A stretch of DNA of 64,000 bases from Tubiluchus corallicola (lineage: Eukaryota > Animalia > Priapulida), in assembly GCA_030141605.1 (NCBI GenBank), contig JAQGDQ010000360.1, positions 62,001 to 126,000 of the forward strand, written 5' to 3'. Shown here in pieces: positions 27,724-40,800 of the stretch. Position 1 is the first letter of the stretch. Each line of letters opens with the position of its first letter. The translations under genes and the position numbers were made by a program. Under the pieces are notes generated by a model that ran no database searches, had not been told where the DNA came from, and saw only the letters and a list, made by a program, of their open reading frames with translations.

Positions 27724-29115
27724 ACACCAGTTCAGCGATGATACAGCACTTCTATGTCGGCTACTAGTATAGTTATGTAACCGTAGTGTTTACTACTTCA
27801 GTTATTTCCAATAACCTTGAATGACCTTGAAATACGATTTCTGATAGACCATCCACATAATAAAAAAGTCTGCTGTTAATACATTTATGCCACCTCAAAT
27901 GCCACCTAGTTGAGTTATTTTAACTTTAAACCTGCGACAGCAGCCAGCTTTTAATGACACTGACCTTAGGTGACAATAAAACACCATTTTTCTGAATCAC
28001 CATATGCACATTTTTATGCTGGTTTTTGACTACTTGACTATAGTCTCTGTAGTGCAGTTCAAATCTTGGCAATGCAAACGTCAATCCTCTCTGGGACCGT
28101 ATTCCTCTACTAATTCTACATTCCAAGATCCGACTTTCTGGAATAATCGCGTGACTTCCGCTCACTCTATCACGTTTAGGAGGCTAAAGCTGTTGCAGAT
28201 AGGATTTTTCCGAGTACATACACCAATGCGTATTCTAACCTGGAAAAAATAAAATTACGCTTTATTTAATTCATTCAAAATTATATAAATTAAAAACGTG
28301 TATTGCTTCATGCACACAAGGCATTCAGGCGATGCTTAATGCACACACATGACACAAGGCAGTCTGTTTGACCTTGACCTTGAATGAACTTGAAACACTT
28401 TTTTTCTGACAAAACATGCGCATTTTTAGGTCAGCTGGTAATACATTTTTGTCATCTTAAATGCCACCTAGCGGAATTATTTTGTCTTTAAACCTGCCCT
28501 GGTGGCCGTTTTGAGTGACAGTGACCTTATATGACATTGGAACACCATATATCAGATTGTGGAACACCATATGGAACACCATATAGCACATTTACATATT
28601 ACATTTATGGAGTCTAAAATGATTCATAGTTCAGTTATTTTGACAATGACATTAATATGACCTTGAAACACAATTTTTCATAGGCTATATAATAGCAGCT
28701 AGTTATACGTTTGCGCCATCTTGAATGCCACCTAGTTGAGTCAAGTTGGCTTCAAAGCAGCATTAGCAGCCATTTTAAATGTAAAAAGCTATAATTTTTC
28801 TGGAAAATAGAAACTTTTGGACTAATTTGACTGGATCTTGCGAAATTGAAATCACTTAATAAGGCAATGAGAGAAATCGTGGCATTTGAAAACCTGTTAA
28901 CTTCAACATATGTGGATTCACCTTTCATGCTGCACCCGGAAATTAATTTTGTTGGGGAGGGGGGTGTAAGAGGATAGAATAGCTCTTCCGTTTAAAGTCT
29001 CTATTCAGAGAATTTTTTCGATGAGTGTCCAGTCTTGTAACACATATTAATGTTAAGCAGGCCATTGAATGCTGCTTGCAGAACACAGAACTAAATAAAG
29101 TAATAATCATCTTAC

Positions 29116-29273
29116 CTGTTGCTAGTAAATGTTGTTGTTGTTATGTCCAGTGATATTCTCATTTCAGAAGCAAGTTTCTTAAAGGGTACAGAAAACGTTG
29201 TTAGCTGAACAGTATCTCCATATAGAAGCCATACAGACCATAACAGCACTAACAATGCTAAATGAAGTTTCAT
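29116..29273 (-). CDS. Signal-peptide-bearing first coding exon of an unknown secreted protein (MKLHLALLVLLWSVWLLYG-DTVQL...)
   Basis: Typical n/h/c signal peptide, strong donor AG|GTAAGA in phase 2; upstream UTR intron about 29338-29420; downstream exon not securely identified. Confidence 0.5.
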
Positions 29274-31204
29274 ATTAATGCTTCGGAAGTTGCAAAGTAT
29301 TAATTATAAAATCAAATTATTATCATTTTTGTGACGACTGTAGGTTGCAGCTGATTAACGGTTATAATTAAGTCTGTTAAATAATTGTGCTGAATTAAAG
29401 CCACTGTGTTGAAAACTTACCTTAATGCAGTTGAGTGGAGATATTTTATTCGTGTTGTTTTATTTTATTAACATGTTAAAAAGTTTATTTATCATCATTA
29501 CAACTAAAAGGTTGAATTACAGCACAGCGTAAAATTACAAAATATAAAATTGTTAAAAAGAACAAGCAACGTGGAACATATAGTGACAAGCACTACTATA
29601 CTGTTACAAGATACATGAACGAAATAAATTAAAATTAAATGAGTCGAAACTTAAATTTTTAAAAATTAAATAAGCCTATTCTTGAATTAACAAAGAACAA
29701 GAAAAAGTAGGTTTCACGAAAATCGCCTTAAAATTATATTACTTTAAGCAACGTTATGTATATATCGTATTCGTGTTAAAAGAAATTTTTGTTTGTCTTC
29801 ATTTTAAATTTCCGGCAATACTGTTCCGAAGTCGCCATACATGACGTCATATACGCACAACGTAAATCAAGGGAAAAAAAGGAAATGCTAAATTATGTCC
29901 CAAAAATGTCTTTCAATTTAATTACTGCACGACTGCATATAACTTTGCACCCTGTGCAATAATACTGAAACTGTGTCATCATGATCTTAGCAATATTTGA
30001 AGCTTTACCGATATCATCTTTTCTATTATCAAACAATATGTGACTTAGATACTTGAGAAATGGACAACAGAGTATTAAAGCTAATTGGTAACATTATTGC
30101 TCATATTTATTCGTGGTCTCACGTCTATGTCAGACATACATTGAGCTCATAATCACGGAAACCAATAACTTGGTGATTTAACGTGTTTTGGCAGTTTTGA
30201 AGATTTTCAACTAACATGGAGCACTACTATTTGTGTGAATGTACCCTAATGAATATACCGGTTGTCTTACGCAGCGTGAAGCTAATTTGTTTGGAGCCTG
30301 GACACAGTGGGACAAGCCTGTTCCGAAGTTGACAAGCCGTGATCATTGTTAATTAAAAGTTACATAGTTTCCCACAATGACAAACACTAGGACCTGCATA
30401 CGAATTCAGCCTATCTATAAAATCAGTACTGGCTTTCTTATAAAGTCAGTAATTCATTAGCATAGCCTTAGGGTCAATGACTCTTCACTCTTCACAACAC
30501 AGTAACATGTCTACATTCCTCCCTATCTCTTCCTGGAGCCCCCAATTTGTTCATCTGCCTCGAGGCTGCCTAGTTATGAAAGTCAGGTGACTTTGATTTC
30601 TCAAGCTCTGGGTGCAACTCTCCTTGGGCTGGTGGCTATTTCCTCAAACTTCAACTCAAACTCAAATTACAAATAATAAGAATTTTCGTCCCAGGTTTTC
30701 CAAATAAATTACAAAACAATGACTCCTATCTAATGTCACCACATGCCTCTGCTCGTACTAAGCAAACTGGTATTTAAGTTGCACCCTTATTTAAGCAATA
30801 ATGTTTTAATAATGATCTTTTCTACTAGAAAAATTTTGCACGTCCTTCCATGTCAACTGATGCATACAGTGTAAGCTCCTACCGACCTGATAAATAAAAG
30901 TTCCATCAAACACGTTTTCACCTCATGGCGTTTCACCCATCCGTGTAGTTCACAGTTTTACCGTCAGGGCAGCACTATAGATAACAGCTAAAACATGTAA
31001 GAATAACAGAAAACAGTTCATTCGTACATATCTTTAAGTCGGAGACAAAGTTCAAGTTTTTCGAATTTTGGGCAAAATTTAGGATCCAGTCTAATCTCTT
31101 CCATATTTACATAAACCAATAAAAACAGTTCGCTACGTTTTTGAAAAGGAAGTACATATTGTTATTGTTGTTGTTGTTGTTATTACTATTATTGCTATTA
31201 TTGC

Positions 31205-31301
<97 letters not shown>

Positions 31302-31760
31302 ATTGTCACTATTACTATCATTACTATTACTAATATTATTTCTATTGCTACTACTACTACTATACTATTAATATTTCTACTATCATTATCATTATCACCT
31401 TTTTGATACGTATAATATCACTTATGCAGTAAAACATACATAATTTACATAGTAGTTAATTCTGTAGTTAACAAATAACGTAATGCTTAATTAGTTAGTG
31501 ATTACAATAACATATACAGTCTACCTAGAGTGAACAAGATCAGTAGCAACTTAGAAGACATAACACGTTAAAATTCAGCCATGCAAAATGTGTCATCGCA
31601 CCTGAGTTCGTTTACCCCAGTGTGACAAAACGCCAGCATGTAATCTGAACTGCAATCACATTAGTTTTCACTGTTTATGGTCGGTATTCCAGACACGTAG
31701 AATGTCTTCAACTTCATATATCAAAGTCTTAGACTATATCAAAGCTAAACTACTGTAGAT

Positions 31761-31827
31761 ATGTGGTGTTTAGAAGTTGTTTTATCTTGCTGTGTTGTTT
31801 TATCACTACTCAATGGGCTGCTAGCCG
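31761..31827 (+). CDS. TTLL4-like exon 1: signal peptide MWCLEVVLSCCVVLSLLNGLLA
   Basis: ATG with in-frame TAA 15 nt upstream; hydrophobic 22 aa; strong donor CCG|GTAAGT in phase 1 matching exon 2; conserved in the duplicate at 62638. Confidence 0.72.
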
Positions 31828-34800
31828 GTAAGTTAGCTATAATTTTGTAACTACCTTTTTCACTCTCAAAAAATGCAGTGACCGGAGTGCTTGCGCATGT
31901 GCAGGTTATGACGTAATACTAAATTATTCATAAACATAGATATAGACATAAACATCTTTATTGGTGATATAACGTACACATGAGATATATGAAATTCGTA
32001 CGTGAGATATATGAAATTTGTTGTTTCAACTTTGCTCAGATTAGTAAAAAGCAATGAGAGCAACAAATTCTCAACTATAAAATAAATTAAACTTTACATA
32101 CAAATAATCTATATATATAATAATACATAAAATAAATCTAAATGGTACAATTTAAAAAAAGCTTGAAAAAATTAAAAATTGTTTAGAGTTTTAGCTACCA
32201 TTGAATGTTTTGATTGAAATGGCTGCTTTCACAACTGAGAGTTTAAAGTGAAAACTCTTGAGAGGGTAAATTTAATCTTACTTCGTGTGAGAGAAACTTA
32301 AATTCTTCATGTAGAGGATGAAAGTACCAGCCATAATTCTCTTTAGCATCTTCAGTAACATTTTATTACACAAGACAGTATCGTAAATTATCAGATGTTA
32401 TTTATTCCTACCAACGAGCTTAATACATTTTCGGGGTCTTTCTCAATCTTAAGCCAGTTAGCAAACATATGAAAACAGGCCACGTTATAGTAGTTCAGAA
32501 CGGAAGAGATTATTGTTTTATAAAACATGATAATTAGTGAGTTATCAACATTAAAGGAAGACAGGATGATTCTCCATATCATATACTCTTCCTTTTTCTA
32601 ATACACTAAAAATATACATTTCAATGCAATTAATACTGCAAAACCCACTTCTGATAATTAAATAATAGATTAAATACTTAATTAATAAGGGCGAACTCAA
32701 CTATTGATGACTTCACAAGCTAACATAATTTTCAACAATATTCCAACAATATCAAACTATTCCACGAACGTGTTGCACGTGTTTGTCAAAGCAAAAATTG
32801 AAGTACTGTAAGATAAAAGATTCAGCGTATTATACTAAAACTCGGCAAGTTTTAAGATAAAAATCCAAGCTTCAGTTTTTCTCACGCATGAGCTGTCGAA
32901 GGTCTGCAGTTCGTCTGAGACTAACACACATGAACTTAGAGGTACAGCACCTGGTTTTTCTGCAATGCGTTTCCGAAATGCAGGCGCTAGAGCCCGTCTA
33001 AGTAACGAATAGCAAAATGCATGTAATAATTCTTCCACGTAAGTTATTTTTGAAAAAATACTTTGTTTTCTTTCAATATTGTAAAAAGCAGATTGTTTTG
33101 ATCTGCAGTTTAAGGTTTGGTCCTGTTTGGCTTTAAGAATTATAAAATTACTTTGCAATAAAAAGAGGGCTTTAACAACAAGAACAACAATAATAATTAT
33201 TATTTTTATTATAATAATAATAAGGCTTCAAAGCAAACAACAAGTCACTCAGGGTTTTGGGTTTATTTTACTGTCATCACTTAAACTTAGAATAATATAA
33301 TATAGGAATTGGTTAGTAATTAGCCCACTGTTAATTAGATTTTAATCTATTATTTAATAATCAGAAACGCTTTTGCAGTATTGATTCTGTTAAGATGTAC
33401 ACATTTTAGCACAATTGAAAATGGGGTAGGATATAAAAAACAGCCTGTCCTCCATTAACCTTATTCTCTAAGCATCTGTTTAGAACTCAATCATTTTTCA
33501 CGAAGTTCACTAATGTATCCTGCTTTTCAGAATACGATGGTAGAGTTTGGACTGATGTACCAGGTCCTGGTAGAACTATGGCTGCGCTCTGGAATGACTC
33601 ACTGACTGACCAATGTCCTCGGATAATACCTGCACTCATTCCCAGCCTCTTCACCAACGTTGCACCTGTAATCAACTTTGGTGTAATTGGGCAGATAGGT
33701 ATGAAACAAACGACACTTTGTTTCTTAGATTTTGATTACGCCATTCACTTCGAATTGATACTAGAAGATGACGCCATTTTAGGCTGCAGACAATACTGTG
33801 CACCCTGAATTTCTTATTTACAAAGTCTATTCAGAAAATCGTGGTTACTTTTACTTTGCGGTAGCTTAAAAGAAGACAGAATGATTTTTCATGTACTATT
33901 CCATTTTCAAGTACGCAAAAAGTGTACATTTTAACACCAATAATACTGCAAAAGCGTTTTTGATAGTTAAATGATAGATTAAAAAGCTTAATTTACGGCG
34001 GGCGAGCCCAACTATTGATGACATCGCAAACTAACATAATTTTCAACTGCAAAAATATTCCAGGAGCGTGTTACACGTGTTTGCGAAAGCGAAAATTGAA
34101 GTACAGTGCTACTGTACGATATTCAGTGTGTTGTATTAAAGCTAGACAAGTTTTGAGATAAAAATTCCAATTTCAAACTTAGCGCTGTGATGAGCTGTCG
34201 ACGTATGTAGTTTGTCACAAACTAACACATCTGAACTGAGAGATATGACCAGCGCCTGTTTTTTGTGCAGTGAGTTTCCGAAATACAGCTGCTAGTGCCC
34301 GTCTAACTAGCAAAGGGCGAAATGTATGTAACAGCGAAGAACTAGTGACGCGAACGTGATACTGTGTTTGTATGGTAATAATTCTTTCACGTAAGTCATT
34401 CTTAAAAAACGATTACGTTTCCTTTCAATATTTTAAAAAGTAGATTGATTTGACCTACGGTTTAAGATTGCGTCAGATTTTCCTTTAAGTCACAGTTATT
34501 GAAATGTACTGCTTTGAATATATTTGAGCAGTTGAGTAGCTCTTTCTGGAATCAGGTACCTTAAATATATTACCTGAAATGTTGAATCTATCCTAGGCTT
34601 TCTGTCATTTGCAGTTGGCGAGTTGCCAAGTTTCGTGAGGAAAAAACTGAGGTGGAGGTTCAGCGAGCGTTCTAAGATTGCAGGCAAAACCTTCATACAG
34701 AAAATGCTACTGAATTCAAATTTTCATTTAACAAGTAAGTCTCAAAACAGCTGCATTGTTTTTCATTTATAATTGGTCGAAATTATAGATTTTAGATTCA

Positions 34801-37800
34801 GATTTATTTCTCACAAATGTACATTCAATGATACGAAACAATAATTACAAAATGCTATCCCAAAAAATTAATTGCTTACAATAAAATGCTTCAAAGTGTG
34901 TTGAAACAAAATCTTGTAAGCACAACATTGATAGTGAGAGAAGGCAAGGCAAGGCAAGGCAGGCTTTAAAATTAGGGTGTGTATAGAGAAGAATGTGATT
35001 AGAGGGGCAGGTTAGTCAAAGGAGGTTAAGTAACTTAATACGTACATTATATACAAGAAACAGCGAGAGAAATTACATTATTCGGATATACATAATACAT
35101 ATATTATACGTTATGCACTGCTCATTAAAATATACATAAGTGTTCGGCAGATTTCTCTCTGCTTGCCCTTCAATTTAATGTTGTCCTTATTTATGATTGC
35201 CTGTCAAATTTGGCTTCGTTGCATGCATTTTGTAGGTGAGCCAATCACACGTTTTTAGTCTACTCGTGAAAATGAGTGAAGAACATGTTTTTGGAAGTTA
35301 AGAATATGTGTGTGTGCGTGCATGCGTGCGTACGTACGTACGTGTGTGTGTAATGTTTAATAAATTGTATAACACACACACACACACACACATACACACA
35401 CACACACACACACATATGCACGAAGGCACACACACACTCACACATACACATATATATTTATTTATAACATATATACATATGATACAATGTATTGTGCATA
35501 ATTAACTTGCTAATGCGTCTCAAGATTCTTACTGGAGATAAAAAATGTATATGGCTTTACCAGTAACTCCACTCCACTCCAGTCCACTCCAATCCACTCT
35601 ATGCTTTATAATTTGTTTATATTTTCCAGCTGCCGGAAAAAGTTGGCTGGTTTATTCTTGTGCCAATGTCCACAAACAACATTGGCCAGACTTACAGCAA
35701 AAGTACAAGAAAGTAAGTAAATTACCGAGTTCATGTGTTCAACAGATGAACTGATGAACATTTTTTCAAATGTTTGTCGAGGTATTGAAAAGGTAATTTC
35801 GTTATTTTCATTGCAAATAAGCAAGAAGCTGACAAATAAACCAAACTTTCAAACAGGTAGGCATGCAAAAGACTAGCAGCGAAGCACACGGACAAACTAA
35901 ACAACAAGTGATACATGAATGGACAGATGAGCATGTGGACAGACAGGCAGACTGACAGTCAAATATCTTGGTTATATAATATGCACTAATCTAAGCGACT
36001 GTGACATTCAAAACCAAATTAATCTTTTTTATATAGGGATTAGCTCTTTCATAAGGAAGTTTTCTCTGTTCAGATGATGTTGAAATCGTGCTATTTAAGA
36101 GTTACTGCTGCAACGTTTATTGTATGTCTTTATGGACTAATTATAGTAATGGTGTGATAAATAAGTTGCGTACTGCATACAAGAATGTGACCAGAAAACT
36201 GCTTTGATTAAAATACGATTGCAGTGCTTCTGGCATGTGTGTAAACCTATCTACGATTGCAGTACTTCTGGCATGTGTGTAAGCCTATCTGGCATGTGTG
36301 TAAACCTATCTACGATTGCAGTACTTCTGGCATGTGCGTAAACCTATTTACGATTGCAGTGCTTTTGACAAGTGTGTAAACCTATCTACGATTGCAGTGC
36401 TTCTGGCATGTGTGTAAACCTATCTATGATTGCAGTGCTTCTGGCGCATGTGTAAACCTACCTACGATTGCAGTACTTCTGGCGTGTGTGTAAGCCTATC
36501 TGGCATGTGTGTAAACCTATCTACGATTGCAGTACTTCTGGCATGTGCGTAAACCTATTTACGATTGCAGTGCTTTTGACAAGTGTGTAAACCTATCTAC
36601 GATTGCAGTGCTTCTGGCATGTGTGTAAACCTATCTATGATTGCAGTGCTTCTGGCGCATGTGTAAACCTACCTACGATTGCAGTGCTTCTGACATGTGT
36701 GTAAACCTATCTACGATTGCAGTGCTTCTGACATGTGAGTAAACCTATCTATAATTGCAGTACTTCTGACATGTGTGTAAACATACCTACGATTGCAGTA
36801 CTTCTGACATGTGTGTAAACCTACCTACAGTTGTAGTGCTTCTGACATGTGTGTAAACCTATCTATGATTGCAGTGCTTCTGACATGTGTGTAAACCCAT
36901 CTGCGATTGCAGTGCTTCTGGCATGTGTGTAAACCTACCTACGATTGCAGTGTTTCTGACATGTGTGTAAACCTATCTACGATTGCAGTGCTTCTGACAT
37001 GTGTGTAAACCTATCTACGATTGCAGTACTTCTGGCATGTGTGTAAACCCATCTGCGATTGCAGTGCTTCTGGCATGTGTGTAAACCTACCTACGATTGC
37101 AGTGCTTCTGGCATGTGTGTAAACCTACCTACGATTGCAGTGTTTCTGACATGTGTGTAAACCTATCTACGATTGCAGTGCTTCTGGCATGTGAGTAAAC
37201 CTATCTACGATTGCAGTGCTTCTGACATGTGTGTAAGCCTATCTACGATTGCAGTACATCTAGCATGTATGTAAACCTATCTACGATTGCAGTGCTTCTG
37301 GCATGTGTGTAAACTTATCTACGATTGCAGTGCTTCTGACATGTGTGTAAACCTATCTACGATTGCAGTGCTTCTGACATGTGTGTAAACCTATCTACGA
37401 TTGCAGTGCGTCTGACATGTGTGTAAACCTACCTACGATTGCAGTGTTTCTGACATGTGTGTAAACCTACCTACAGTTGTAGTACTTCTGACATGTGTGT
37501 AAACCTATCTATGATTGCAGTGCTTCTGACATGTGTGTAAACCCATCTGCGATTGCAGTGCTTCTGGCATGTGTGTAAACCTACCTACGATTGCAGTGTT
37601 TCTGACATGTGTGTAAACCTATCTACGATTGCAGTGCGTCTGACATGTAAGTAAACCTATCTATAATTGCAGTACTTCTGACATGTGTGTAAACATACCT
37701 ACGATTGCAGTACTTCTGACATGTGTGTAAACCTACCTACAATTGCAGTACTTCTGACATGTGTGTAAACCTACCTACCATTGCAGTACTTCTGACACGT

Positions 37801-40800
37801 GTGTAAACCTACCTACGATTGCAGTGTTTCTGACATGTGTAAACCTATCTACATTTCAGTCATATTCGCAGAAGATCCTGTTATAGCGTTCGAAATAGGC
37901 TACTACTGTACACTGTACAATAGTATTATAATTGCTATGATTAACTCACATTGACGTGTCAAATCTTACTTTTTTGTGTAATTGAAGAATGAAATATTGC
38001 ATAATTAGTTTCTAAAATTTTTTTAGCTGTTAATTTACTAAAATTGTATTTACAATTAATTCTTGTAATTTTTATTTCATTTTGATACTGTATTTGTACT
38101 TATGTGGTCTAAGTTACCGGAATAAGAATTTGAATTGAATTGAGTTGAATTGTAGGCACTAAGCTGGACTGGCCTGCAGCTAGACTTATGCCTGATTAAA
38201 AGGGGGCTCACCAAGGTTGAAGTTTCTCAAGGGGGGGGCGGATAACAGCTGCTTGTGTTTACAAGTTAATTTGTAAGCTTGATCTTTTTAACAAAACATG
38301 GTGTTCAACAAAATTTATAGGACACGAAGTGCAGATTGTGTGTTTCCCGGTTACGCACTGATTATAATCACACTGTGATTATAGCCTCGCGTCGTCACGC
38401 CACAGACTCCTAATGTCTTGAGGTGATGAGATGGTAGGCGACAATAAGCCTTTTCACAGTTTCGTTGTGCGCACGCGCAGTTGCTGTAGGTCAAATGTTA
38501 AGTCTACCACAGCAAAGTGTCTTAACAACAACCGTCACGTGAAGTGTGTGTAAAACAAAACCGTCTGCAGGAATCAGTTGAGTAACTTCAGTTATTTTGC
38601 TTGGACTTTACTTAATTATGCATTAGTCTGTGTGTAGAGTGATTTACAAGCAGGATCTTGCTAACGAGAAGTGAACTAGGTAAGGTTCTATCTAGCTGTT
38701 AAAACTTTCAGTATCACAACAGCATGGGCTGCCAGGCGTTATCAAGTGTACACAAGCGCACTGCCTGGTACAGTTAACCTTTCATCTTTCCACGATCATC
38801 ATCAATCACTGGAACTGTGAAAAGGCTTATTCTGTTGAACAATAAGTGTAATATCTCATCACAGAGTTCATGGTGCAACATTGGTGCTGATGCAAGTGGA
38901 TAAATAAGAGATACTTCGTATCCGAGTCGTCAAAATAAAAACGTTTTATAGTCTAATTTCATTTTCATTTTAGTTTAATCAGCTTCCCGGATCTAAACAA
39001 GAAGCCATGCGCAAAGACCGTTTCTGGAAGATCATGAAAAGCATGATGCTAAAACATGGAAGAGACTCATTTAACTTCGTACCACAAACGTTTCTCCTTC
39101 CTCACGAGTTGTTGGAGCTTTATAAAACCTGGAATGACAGTTCAACTGACAATTTGTGGATTTATAAACCGGTAAGATTATTAATAATTTTAATTATTGT
39201 TTATTTATTTATTAAAAGTTTATTTCTCTGCATAAAAATGCAATATAAAAGTTAAAATTGACACAAAAATTTAATAGCCGATAAGGTAATTATTAATTAA
39301 TTAGTCATAGTTGCTGCCTCATTTTGCCTCCCTGTGCTCACAAACTTTTATTTATATTCATTTATATTTCATTTATTTATTTTAGTTAAATATTCGTCTG
39401 GTGTTGCTATATAATATGTTCTTTGGTTATGTGGATGGACATTTATTTGTCCACAAATTTCAAAAATTGAGTGTCAATAAATTGAATTAAAATAAATTAA
39501 ATAAATTCTAGATATTCCGACAGAAACATGACAACTACTTGTTCCTTTAATATCTAATCTATTTAATTTAATCATAATCTTAATGTCAAAATGATTTTTA
39601 ATGATGGTACAAAACCCCCAATGAATTTAATTTTGATATCAAGCGTGAAATGCAGGAAATGTGAAAAAGTTGGAATACAGCCTAGATTTGAACCAGTGCT
39701 ATCTGCTTACAGAGCAGACGCCTTGGAAACCAGGCAAACATATTCCATACTGCTCAAAGCAGTCCAAAGTTTACCCCTTGTAAAATTCTGCTTGTGGTAA
39801 TTAATTTTAATAATCTTAATGTCAATATTATTATTAATAATGGTACAAAATTTTGATACCGAACTAGTGTTTTGCCGATTCAGTTTTGTGCATCTGTGTA
39901 AATACAAATTTGGATTGTTTTTCAGTATAAGATCCCTTTCTGTTGTCATTTCCATTCCTTTGTAGGTTTCTTCTGGCAGGGGGAAGGGAGTCAAAGTCAT
40001 CAACAGCTTAAACAGGCTGCCAAATAGTGAACTTATCATACAAAGGTTTGCCAGAAATAAAATAAGAACAAATATTGCTCTTTTATTTCCGTTTCTTTTC
40101 ATTACTATTATACGACTTTGCATGTCTTGTGTTTTTTAAAAAAATGACAGTTGTACACCATTCTATATATACTGATATACGGTATACTTAACGGTATAGG
40201 AAAAATATCATTTAAGAAACCAAATAAACTTATTGCTGCATGACTTGTTAAGGAGTCATGAATAAGTGAATAAAGAATGGTTGTGGTTAGTGACAAGGTA
40301 GACTCAAAAAAGTAATATTAGAGTTGGGAAGAAATAAGGGAGCAAATGAAACGACCACAGTGTATGTTTTAAATTATGTATTCAAAATAATATATAGAAT
40401 TGGCTTCCCATTCCATATATATATATATATACTAGTATGTATATATATATATATACTCATGTAAATATACATATATTTAAATGAACAAGATTAGATAAGA
40501 TTTCTTAAAATAATAAGATTAGAGTTAAAAATAAAATACATTTTAACTAACGACTATTTATACGTAGTTCCCTGAATTTCTTTTTTATAACTATTCATGA
40601 GGTGAATTAAATTGATTTTGTAAAATGACAGAAACGTTTCAACAGAAGTTAATACCACTGAATGCTTTATTGTAACAAAAGCAGCAAGTGCAGTAAAATG
40701 TTCCAAATGTCTTATAAAGTGGTTTAACCCGACTGTTCAGAGCACAGGTGAGTAAACAGACAGGTGACTAGCAGGTAACAACTGAAAGCTGGCCACAACT

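Noticed and set aside
24655-29273. Joining the 29273 signal exon to the 24655 exon as one CDS
   Set aside because: The phase-2 join hits TGA after four codons; treated as separate genes
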